A stretch of DNA of 64,000 bases from Calcarisporiella thermophila CBS 279.70 (lineage: Eukaryota; Fungi; Calcarisporiellomycota): contig NW_027192193.1 of NCBI RefSeq assembly GCF_041956535.1, forward strand, positions 276,437 through 340,436, in the 5' to 3' direction. The notes under the pieces are model-generated. The model saw only the letters and a program-made list of their open reading frames with translations. It was not told the origin of the DNA and searched no databases. The translations under genes and the position numbers were made by a program. This document shows, one piece after another, positions 38,601 through 49,466 of the stretch. Each line of letters opens with the position of its first letter. Positions within the stretch are counted from its first letter, which is position 1.

Positions 38601-41600
38601 CTGGACAGGCTTACCCTGGACTCAAGAGATGTTCCCCACCATCTTCTCTTATCAATACTTCAAGAAAGCTGAAGAGGAAAGTGATATAAGCAAATTTGGA
38701 TTCAAAATATCCGAAACGGAAGACGCTGTGGCTCTTATGGATCATTATACGACTTCAGAGTATCCCCTGGCATTATCGATAAATGCACTAGATCCTCCTA
38801 GTGGTTATATTACCGCCAGCGCCCTGTTTAACACCGACAAGATTGGACCAAAAATGGTGGATAGAATGGTATACAAATTCCATGAGATACTTCAGCTGAC
38901 TTTAAGCAGTTCCTTGCAAGAAATGTCAACTTTATTAAAACTTAACGAGCTAACCTCTATGGATGAGTCAACCCTTTCTAAGATTAGCTTTGGAAAGGAT
39001 GCTCCGCTTGTATATCGATGCCTTCATCACGGATTCGAATCATATGCAAAAAGGCAGCCTGATGTCATTGCTGTTGAAGACTCAAATGGAGAAATAATCA
39101 CCTATAGCGAATTGAACTCTTGTGCCAATGCCCTTGCTCATGCCTTGCGCAAACATGGAGTAGCTCCCGGGAAAACTGTTGGTCTAGTCATCAGGCGATC
39201 GAAAGAGATGCTTGTTGGCATTCTTGGCATCCTCAAGGCTGGAGGTGCTTATGTCCCAATTGATGCATCATTCCCAAGGGATTGAATAGATTTTATCTTG
39301 AACGATGCTTCATGCAAAGTAGTTGTGACAATGAAAGCAAATAGTAGTTCACTTCCCATCAACGTAGATCGTAGGATATTACTGATAGACGACTACATCA
39401 AGTCCAAATTAGAAGATATCATAAAACCCGAGGATCTCTCGTCAAGCGATGACCCAGCCTATGTGGTATATACATCAGGAACAACGGGTAAACCCAAGGG
39501 AGTACCAATTCATCATGGGGGTGCTGTGAACTGTATTCAGGATCTTATTGGTAGACTTAATTCCGAACCAGGAACTCTTCAAGCGCAATTTATGGCTGTT
39601 GGATTTGATGGCGCAATTTCAGAAATATTCTCGTGTTTTACGAGCGGTGGTACTCTTTTACTTCGCTCGGATGATGATTTACTGGGATCTCTGAACAAAG
39701 TACAATCTTTAATCATTACACCAACTGGACTACAACATATAGAACCAAAGGATGTTCCGAATCTTCAAGTAGTGACATTGGTTGGTGAACCAGTGTCGCG
39801 AGCGCTAGCTGAAAAATGGCTACCTCATGTTAGGCTCTTTAATGGCTATGGTCCTACAGAAACAAAATTAGGCGCCAGTATACAAGAGCTCGAGAGTGGG
39901 AAGAAAATTGGGGTTGGTCGCCCCTTCAATAATATGTCATATTATGTACTAGATCACAATTTGAAGAAAGTTCCAATGGGTATTGTAGGTGAACTGTATA
40001 TTGCTGGCGTTGGTGTTTCAAAGGGATATATTAATAGACCCAATCTCACTGAGGAGCGGTTTATTGAGAACCCTTTCATGCCAGGTAAAACAATGTACAA
40101 AACAGGGGACATGGTTCGGTGGAACCGAGATGGAAACTTGGAGATAATCGGAAGGACTGACGATCAAGTCAAATTAAATGGTTATCGCATAGAGCTCGAC
40201 GAAGTTGCTTCTGTCATCAATGCACACCCTGGAGTCGAATTGGGGATTGCACTAGTCAAAAACAACACGTTGATCGGATTTGTTTCGCCCGCCACCGTGG
40301 ATACGGAAATGCTCAGAGACTCGCTATTTAATGTTCTCCCGGAGTACATGGTTCCTGCCAACATATTCGCCTTGGAGGGTATTCCGATGACCATCAATGG
40401 CAAGATTGATAAAACCAAATTGGAGGAGCTAGTTCATCGGGCTCAGAATCTTGACCTTCCTCTTACTGACATACAAACATTTGTTATAAATTGCTTTGCG
40501 TCAATTCTCAACATCGATGCCAACTCTATTAGTCTTCATACATCGTTCTTTGCTCTCGGGGGTGACTCGATTTCAGCCGTTGCACTAGTGTCTGCTCTCA
40601 GTAAACATGGATTTGATCTTACTCTGCCTCAAGTATTCCGAGCACTTACACCTGCAAGGCTAGCAGCTATTATGCAAATGAGGCAGACTAATCCAATCCA
40701 AGTCTCGAAAAATGTGGTTCAATCAGATACTGATTTTAAACGCTTAATTATTAATCTTATGGCGGCAGTTCTCAAGGTGGACACTAACCAAATTGACTAT
40801 GATACCTCTTTCTTCGCTCTTGGTGGCGATTCAGTTTCCGCTCGCTCCCTAATATCTGCATTCCGTAAACACGGTCTTCCTATTACCCTTAAACAGCTAT
40901 TTAAATCACCTACTCCAGCGAGTTTAATAGCCGAACTATCTTCTTCTTCGGAAACCATCACCAATCCTTTAGCTAATCATATGAGTATCTCCGACAACCA
41001 ATACGCTCCTTTGAAACCCATTCGAATACTTTGTCTGCATGGCTCAGTTATGAATGGAGATATCATGCGATTAAAAATGGCCACATTAGAAAATGTTCTC
41101 AATTCGTCCGTAACTTTTCATTACATAGACGCATGCTTTAATTCGACCTCTCCTTGTAAGTGTCAAGGTTTTCTGTTTGAACAACTATTATTTTCTAATT
41201 ATAACTGTTTTTTTGTCTTTAGTGACCCAGGAAGTGCGTAAATTTTATGACGGGTCTCTTTTGACTTGGCTCTCAACAAACCCCCCACAGGGCACACACT
41301 TGAGACGAGCCATTCATCACGTTCTCTCTTATTTTACTATTAACGGAAGAGTTGACGGCCTCCTTGGGTTTAGCGAAGGGTCGTGTATAGTCGAATTACT
41401 TGATCGTATGGCTGAGAGTGGAGAAATTCAAAGGCAATGGGATCTAAGCATTCATATATCTGGTGCTTTACTAAATTTAATTCCTGAAAACGACTTTCTG
41501 CCTGCCAGATTGGCAAATGCAAAGACTTGCCCTCGTATATCGATACCTTCGGTTCATTGCCTGAGCCCTAAAGATGGCAACTACCAATGCAATTTGGATA

Positions 41601-41737
41601 TCCGAGAACGTTACGATCCTGAATTGAGCCATTCTCTCGAACACGATCTTGGCCACACCATCCCTCAAAGCTTCAAGACGGCCCATCGTATAGGATCGCT
41701 GATACTGGAGGCAGCAAAGAAATGCCAAAAATTTTGA
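35661..41737 (+). pseudogene. Non-ribosomal peptide synthetase, (A-end)-T-E-C-A-T-T-serine hydrolase; 5'-truncated with one in-frame stop
   Basis: A10 motif NGKIDK at the very start; three LGGDS carrier motifs; E-like RTVGQFTT and IPNGGVSYG; C motifs HHSIIDG and IGALINTIP; A motifs YTSGTTGKPKG, GYGPTE, YKTGD and GRTDDQVK; terminal GFSEG hydrolase. Introns at 36393-36465, 36714-36777, 38371-38456 and 41156-41222 all preserve frame. TGA at 39283-39285. Confidence 0.88.
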
Positions 41738-43856
41738 CTTAAGTGAGCATATGCTAACATTTGAGTTTTACCACCATTATCTCTTAACTAATTATCGTAA
41801 CCCAGCTATACTGAATTTTTATGTTTTTTTTTTTATTGCGATAATTCCTTTGCTACTTATGATATATCCTATCTCTTCTATTCTTATATATAAAGCTGGT
41901 TTTTTGAATAGCAATTATTTACAAAAATAAATATATATATTGTAAAATTCTTTGGGCAATTGGCAAATATTATAAAATCATTCTTTAGAATTTATTAGAT
42001 TCCAATAAATAACTTTTGTATATATGCAATGATTCCTTGCTTAAACCTAGGTAAGTAAAGACTGATCAAATTAGACTTGGCAGAGTCAGTCATTCACGCT
42101 TTATGCCGAATAATTCGATTTATTGAGAAAGCGTCACAATACACATACGATATTGCCTGATTTTAGCTAATAGAGCAATTTCATACAAAGATGAGTGAGG
42201 AGTAAAAAACAAGGTAAACGAAATTAAGAATAAAGTTTCAATATAGCACAAAATCTCGATTCAAACATAGAATAGATATTACGCCGGAAAATTGTGCCAG
42301 AAAACAACAAAATAGCTAAGCAATTCCAAGTTAATAAAAATGAAACCCAAGACTCATATCAAGAGAAAAGTGCAAGTGAGAGGTTGCCGCGGCCTATTTC
42401 CTACAAAAATTCACCAGGTGAAATCGAATAGATAACATATAGATGTAGAAAGGATGGAGAATATTTGTGTTTCTAATTTTTTTTCAAAGTATTAAACCTC
42501 TCTCCATATAAAAAATTGTGAGAAAATAAATGAAAAATCAATAATCTTTGAGGATAAAATTCGAGGAATTGCAAACGCTTTCTATCTATTTTACATGCTT
42601 CTAGTTAATATCTATTTTATTTAACCTTGCAATCTTTTATAGAGTCTGCCAAACTGTTATAAAATTAAATGTAACAAACGCTTTTATTCCCCTGATGCTT
42701 CATTGCAATCAAAATTTCGCTTCACGTAATTTTAATTATATATAACGGCAGTAAATATCCAAGTTAAATAGGCAATGAATGAAAAATTAACTCATTCCAA
42801 ACCTGAGCAGATAAAAATATTGGATATAGAAATTGGAGAATCAGAGTTCCGGAAGATTCTGCGATTTTAATATACCTTTTTAAATTCGATAATTAGAGTA
42901 ATACTTTTCGAATACTTTTGTATTGCCTTAAACTTCTCATCACCAAAAGTTTAATATCGAATTTATACCAGCTTATATACCAATTATATCGTGATTTCAT
43001 CTTCATTATTGCAACTCTTTCGACTCCCACTCCTCGTTTCATTTCTCAGTTTGGGACTAGTTTCTTGCCAAATGCTACACGAAAAAATGGTGAGGCAAAT
43101 TTAAAAGATGCTTCACCTTCGCTTGCTTACAAAGAGCAATTGAATGGCATTTCTCTTTTTTTTTTTTCATTCCAGAGATGGGATGAATAGTATACTCATT
43201 TACCAAAACACATAGATAATTCTAATCAATTATCATACCCTAAGGCAACTTGCCGTCCTACAGAGAGGTGGAAGTAATGAGTAAAGAAAAGAGATGCTTT
43301 CTGTAGTTTCTGAATTTTCTCCGGGAAATTCTAAGACGCCTGGGCTTTAGGTTTGATAATAACAAATCGCGTACTGTTCGGATAGTTGAACGATGTTGGG
43401 TTTTTAATAAGATTATATTGACAAAAAGGAAAGTAAACAGGTAGAAGGGAAAAACACAAATAAGACAAACCAAAGGAATTCAAAAGAGAGAAAACACATC
43501 CTATATATATGTTAGAATAGGAGATGATGACTAATAATGATGATAAGATACTTGCTTATACATATTTGTATAAGTATGAAATAACCGTCGTAACACAACA
43601 ACTATTCAGACTTAGATCGTGCCTGGTCGTTCTCCAACAAACGAAATATGTATCGTCTACTTCACAAGGCTATGTCTAATTTAGTTTACAAATCATTACT
43701 TACTTTCTACTAATATGCGGTTATCTATTATATACAGACGGTACACGTCTGAATAGGGTGCAGTCGAATAAACAGCGTGGTTCAACTCCTATCCAAGAAA
43801 CAAAGCGAACAGTGAAGTGTAAACTAGGTGAATATTCCTTCAGAAAATTCCTATTA

Positions 43857-44700
43857 CTATCTTTGCTTATGCTTAATTATGGCTAACTTTAAGTGCCCAA
43901 AGCTGATTTTCTTACATTGCCGAAAGCAAGGATGTTTTGTGAGTTTGTGGACTCTTGATTTACCACGAAACTGGAAAGAAATTGTGTTTTTTCTCCAGTC
44001 AATATGGGAGCTGTGCGTCACTAGCCATGATTTTCCTAAGATGACATCGTAAATGGGAATATCTGCGATTATGAGGTCGATGAGCTGATTATAATTGTTA
44101 ATCTGAAGCTGGGACTTGATTATCATGTGACTACAGGTTTGTTGTTCTCCGTTGGCGAAATAGAGTTCAAATTCAGGAGTTTTGACAGTCCTGATTTCGA
44201 GTACCTTGCTTAAATTTTGTGCCACAAAGTTGTCAGTTGCTCCACCGTCAACAAGAGTTTTAACCGGTTTCTCGTTTAGAGTTCCGTTGTAAAACAGTAA
44301 AGTATCGTTTTGTTTAGCTATCGTCGTGTTAAGTTGCATTATACTAGTTTTATCTTTATCTCGGTGGGCGGTTTGGTGGAGATTCAATAGAGGATATTTT
44401 TTTTCGATAGTGTGTCGATTTCCAGTAGAGTTCTCCCCCCTTCGTTGGACTCTGGCAAATCCTGAAGTAATCGCGTCTGGGTTTATATCAGCTTTCTTGG
44501 GCAGTTTTGAGCAAGTTCCATGTTCGCGGCAGTAAAAACAACGCTGCTCTTTACTGAGTTAATATTTCTCGTCTTCGCTAAGTCTCTTTTTCTTGTGCAT
44601 CATGTCAAGCTCCATTGGTTTTTGTCCACTCTGGCTATATCGTGTTGTTGTCCAAGCTGGTGTCTTTGGCTTATCGTTACTGTTCCTGAAATGAACCACG
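43857..44700 (-). mobile_element. Degenerate Ty3/gypsy LTR-retrotransposon fragment (gag C-terminus and aspartic protease)
   Basis: PMELD motif (44604-44618), a frameshifted CCHC knuckle CFYCREHG../LAQNCP and an in-frame stop. Retropepsin motifs LVDGGATDNFV and DVILGKSWL..HSSHIDW. No RT or integrase seen. Confidence 0.85.
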
Positions 44701-44860
44701 TCAAATCGTTCAGACATTTTAATGGCACCAGAAAATTTATTAGTAAGAGGAAAATCTCGAAAATCAAAACTAGAAAGTATTTATTAAATATATTACTGGA
44801 TATTATATAATAGGGGTAAGAATACGGTTGAATTAAAGGAGGAGAGGATAGTCTCAATAT

Positions 44861-46376
44861 TCACTCAAATAACCTAGCAAGAAAGTGAATTGCTATCGCG
44901 ATGATGATTCCAAGCACCACTAAGACTAATTCGGAAAGAGTATTGTTAGAGAGATCGAGAAATCCATAGGTCTATACTTTTGCACATACTAAAGTAAACT
45001 GTCTCTTGGCGAAAGAAATTTTGCGATTGCTGCTGAAGTTCGACCTGTGACTGCAGAGCGTCCAACTAAAAATAACAATTTAGGATCCAATGCACAACAT
45101 GTTAACCGCGAACCGATGGACTTACTAGGGCTTCGCTCCGGTTCAGAACATTGCTCTTCTCTCGAATCCGTCGCTGTGTGCTGGCTAGCCTGTCTAACAG
45201 CTGATGAGCGGTATTCATTGATTGCCTCATGGTTTCTGCGGTCTCTCTGGAGTTGCGCGCGAGGGACACGTTTTCATTGAGGGCTTTAATATGATCGTCG
45301 AGATCAACGAGTTTCTGAATATACGAATCCATGGTGCGAGCTTTCTCCTCGATCTCTTTCTACAACATACATAAGAGATACTAGGTAAATATGAAGTGAA
45401 AAAAAAAACCAATCGCAGTCTGAAAATTAACTTGTAGTGAGGCAATATGCTCTTCATGATAAGTGCAGCGCTCCAAAAGGTGGTCAATTAGATCTGAAAT
45501 ATCTCTATCATACAGGAGAGAAAAATGAAAATAAATGGATTTGCAAAGTCTTTCTACCATTAAATTACCCTTCCTCTTCGTAGTGCTGAAGCTCTTCTGT
45601 GGTCGGACGCGCGGGGGACCGGGATCTTGACCGGTTTGGCCAGCGAAGAGGCGTTTCGACTAGAGCATTTTTCTTTGTAGCCATTTCGCCAAAAAAGCGA
45701 ATCAAATTAACAAATTCTCGCTTTTCTTCTCTGGATCTCGGCTGCAATAATAAGACATCGCCTTGTCGATCCGTTAATTGAACCAATTCGCCATCTAATC
45801 ACAAAGAGCAAATTATACTACAATTAATCTAACGAATTAATTGTAATGACACAAACCTTCATCGGTGATTTGCTCAATAGATACATGGTCAACTGTCTCA
45901 AACACTTGGCTCTCTTCATCCATGTCATTAACAATCAGCTCGACTTCATCATATCTTACCCTTCGCCCGCGTCTATTATCTAATTCTGTTTCTTGGGTCA
46001 TATTGCCACGGAAATATGCAAGACAAGCCGATTCTTTATGGGGTGGTATAGGGGTGATATTAATAAGGTGATTGTCGACCCGTATTAACAAAAATCGACG
46101 AAAAAGGTTTTGTGGAGGAACCACTTGGATGAAGATGAATGCGGGTAAAGCATTTCTGAACTTTGGGATGGGTGGAAGGGGCGCGTGGATGCGTGCGGGA
46201 GAAAGAGGAGCTGGTGGAGAGGAAGAGGGGGAGGGAGGATGACGCGTAGGGCTTGGTGGGGTTATAATTGGGGGATTCCCAATATAGGTGCTAAATGAAT
46301 GTGCAAATCGTGGAGCATTAGTGGTTGTAGGCGAAGTTGCACTTTTTTCATTACTAGGCGGCGATGCCGTTGACAT
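44861..46376 (-). CDS. Tail-anchored coiled-coil protein of unknown function (multi-exon)
   Basis: Pro/Ser-rich N-terminus, a globular middle, a coiled coil (45102-45332) and a last exon ILVVLGIIIAIAIHFLARLFE ending in TGA at 44861-44863, joined by GT-AG introns. Confidence 0.6.
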
Positions 46377-46738
46377 AACGATCAAATCCAAGAATAATAA
46401 AGGTGTCTCTATGAATATAGAGATGAGTGTGACTGCCAAGACGGCCAATGATTAGCCACCCTCGACAAATATAAGAGTTTAATTTTCCCATCGTGAGCCG
46501 GGGGTGCCCCATTTTATTCTTATTGCGCATCTTGCCACACTGACAACTAGTGTTCGTGCTCCGCTCCAATATAGCCATAAAGCAAATTTAGCCGCATCAC
46601 GGCGTTAGAAATATCGAGTAAAGTATTTAAAGGCTTGGTCAATAACGCTTATGTTAATGACGAAGAAGCTAATGACTTTAATTTATTTGACTGTTGGCGG
46701 ATAACTGAGCTCCTGTCTTATTAATTGTTTTGCAGAAT

Positions 46739-48100
46739 ATGGGCAAAGAAAAGTCGCACATTGACATTATCTTTGTTGGCCATGTCGATTCCGGAAAATC
46801 TACAACCGCCGGCCACCTTATCTATAATCTGGGTGGTATAGACGATGCCACCCTCAGGAGATACGAGTCGGAAGCCGAAGGTTTGGGCAAGGGCTCATTC
46901 AAGTACGCGTGGGCGCTCGATAATCTCAAGGCCGAGCGAGAGCGAGGCATCACAATTGACATTGCATTGCAAAAGTTTGAAACCTCCAAACACACGGTTA
47001 CTGTTATCGATGCTCCAGGACATCGTGACTTCATAAAAAACATGATTACGGGCACCTCGCAGGCCGACTGTGCTGTGCTGGTAGTGGCTGCAGGGAATGG
47101 CGAGTTCGAAGCCGGCTTTTCTAAGGATGGCCAGACCCGTGAGCACGCCCTTCTCGCATACACGCTCGGCGTTAAGCAGCTCATAGTGGCCGTCAACAAG
47201 ATGGACAACGCCAATTGGGCCGAAGACCGATACAATGAAATCGTGAATGCAGTGTCAGCCTTCCTTAAAGACATTGGATACGATCTCAAAAATGTGCTCT
47301 TTGTGCCTATTTCGGGTTACCACGGTGACAACATTACGGAGCCATCAGAAAAGACCCCGTGGTACAAGGGTTGGGAGAAAGTGACAAAAGGCGGGGTTGC
47401 CAAAGGAAAAACGCTTGTGGAAGCAATTGACGCGATTGAGTCTCCGGCACGCCCGGTGGATAAGCCTCTGCGTCTACCTCTGCAGGACGTATACAGCATT
47501 GGTGGAATAGGAACGGTTCCGGTTGGCCGCGTTGAGACTGGCTACATTGAACCCGGAATGGTTGTTACCTTTGCACCTTCTGGTGTGTCTGGAGAGGTTC
47601 AATCTGTTGAAATGCACCATGAGCAGCTCAAAAAGGCGGTCCCTGGGGACAATGTTGGCTTCAGCGTGAAGGGCATCCCGATGAAAGAACTTCGGCGTGG
47701 ATATGTTGCCTCAGACTCGAAGAGAGATCCCGCCAAGCAAGCCCTCTCTTTCATTGCTCATGTCATCATATTGCATCACCCCGGAGAAATCACGGTGGGT
47801 TACCAACCCGTGGTAGACTGTCACACTTCGCACATCCCGTGCAAATTCACGGAGATTTTGGCGAAACTCGACCGCCGCACCGGTAAGAAGATCGAGGATA
47901 ATCCCCAGAGTCTCAAGCAAGGCGATTCCGCTATCGTGAAGCTGGTCCCGTCGAAACCTATGTGCGTGGAGGCCTACACCGACTATCCTCAACTTGGCCG
48001 ATTTGCCGTGCGCGACATGAAGCATACGGTAGCTGTTGGAGTGGTCAAATCGGTCGAAAAAAGTGAGGGCCCGATGAGAGAGACTGCTACAACTCACTAA
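46739..48100 (+). CDS. TEF1: Translation elongation factor 1-alpha, divergent copy; no introns in the CDS
   Basis: Motifs [51 protein letters not shown] and [12 protein letters not shown] at 46739 (MGKEK). Confidence 0.93.
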   Translation: MGKEKSHIDIIFVGHVDSGKSTTAGHLIYNLGGIDDATLRRYESEAEGLGKGSFKYAWALDNLKAERERGITIDIALQKFETSKHTVTVIDAPGHRDFIKNMITGTSQADCAVLVVAAGNGEFEAGFSKDGQTREHALLAYTLGVKQLIVAVNKMDNANWAEDRYNEIVNAVSAFLKDIGYDLKNVLFVPISGYHGDNITEPSEKTPWYKGWEKVTKGGVAKGKTLVEAIDAIESPARPVDKPLRLPLQDVYSIGGIGTVPVGRVETGYIEPGMVVTFAPSGVSGEVQSVEMHHEQLKKAVPGDNVGFSVKGIPMKELRRGYVASDSKRDPAKQALSFIAHVIILHHPGEITVGYQPVVDCHTSHIPCKFTEILAKLDRRTGKKIEDNPQSLKQGDSAIVKLVPSKPMCVEAYTDYPQLGRFAVRDMKHTVAVGVVKSVEKSEGPMRETATTH

Positions 48101-49069
48101 AATAGTAGCTGTTAGGTTGTTAAGTAATAATTTTTGTCTTCACATCTGTGAACATTCACTACAATCTTTGTATTCTATTATTAAAAAACGTTCACTTGGA
48201 AATTTTTGCAAAAATATGAGTAATTATGTGTTGTATGTACTTCTTTGTATAGTTTACGTTCGCATGCAACATTAAATGTAATAAATACGAGATAGGATTT
48301 TGATCATTACAAGATGGAGGTATATGGACGTTGGAAATTAGGGTTTTCTGTGGAATCTGTCAGATAAAATATAGAGGCCAAGTCCCCCCAAAAAATCACT
48401 GTGCTATACTGTGAATATTTGTGATCCCCTGTTCCGAAAAAAAAGGAAGCGTAATACAGGAGAGGATGCCAACAGTTAAATGGTGAAGGCTAATAAATAA
48501 CGGGTCCGGTGAAGTTAAAGGAGGCTATCTCTCGGCAGTACCCCCCACTCACGATAGGTGAATCGTTCACCCAGAAAGTAAGAAAACACACCCCTTTTAT
48601 TATTGTTTTAACGTTATTTCCTCTATATCTTTCATATGCATACTGGGGTGATGAGCCACAATAACCTTATTAAACCGACAATTAATTCTTGATTTGTCGG
48701 TTTGGTTAAATCCAGGGCTTTCTATATCTTTCCATGGAGATAACTATGAACAAGAAAGCATGGTAGAGAATTGATTCCCCTTTTTATCTTACTTACCCAC
48801 ACATTACTATTTGTGTATGTGTGAAAGTATACTTCCACATCGTCCATGACAGACCATTTATATAGTCAATACAAGAGAGAATCTTCCGTAGACAGCTATA
48901 TCAAACAAGAGCTCACATGCAGCCAATCAAACCCTTTGCTTCAGAACGAGGGGATTGGTCAGAAGCTTTAAAAACCCTAGTTTACTGAGGGATTTTCGAA
49001 TTATAGCTTTACATTATAATCAATACCTCTTGAAGTGATTAATTGTGTTATTCTGGTTCAACACCTAAA

Positions 49070-49466
49070 ATGACTCGTAAGTCTTTCCATTTTTCCACGA
49101 TGAGTCAATCAAGGTAATCCAATTGACGTAAATAGGAGGCGACCAACGTGAGCGCGATCGTCTTAAGAATCTGAAGAAAAATCAAGAAAAGAGCAAAGGC
49201 AAGCGTAATGACGGGGTATCGGTAACCAAACGCAAAGAGAAGTGAGTGGGCATATTAAAAAAATGAGGATTCAACCATAAGTTAATTTTATCCCTATATG
49301 TAGTGATGCTGAAATTATGCGAGAGAAGCAAAAGGTATGTTTGACTGAATGAAAACAATCTGCTGTGGAGGCAATTATAGGTAAAACTTTTCTGTTCTCT
49401 CCTCTTGTGGTTTTACAGAAAGCTATGGAGGCCAAGTCAGCGGCTTCAGCAACGAAAGCAAAATAG
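49070..49466 (+). CDS. SERF/4F5-family small EDRK-rich protein (63 aa, 4 exons)
   Basis: Exons 49070-49076, 49136-49241, 49304-49334 and 49419-49466 give [63 protein letters not shown], matching the MTRG(N)QRE and DAEIMREKQ signatures. Not in the ORF track. Confidence 0.85.

Noticed and set aside
43510-43595. TGTTA...TAACA segment with an internal hairpin as a solo LTR of the gypsy relic
   Set aside because: Only about 85 bp, no second copy in the window, and no identifiable PBS or PPT.
48672-48703. 10-bp inverted repeat AAACCGACAA/TTGTCGGTTT
   Set aside because: Isolated hairpin with no ncRNA or transposon-end context.
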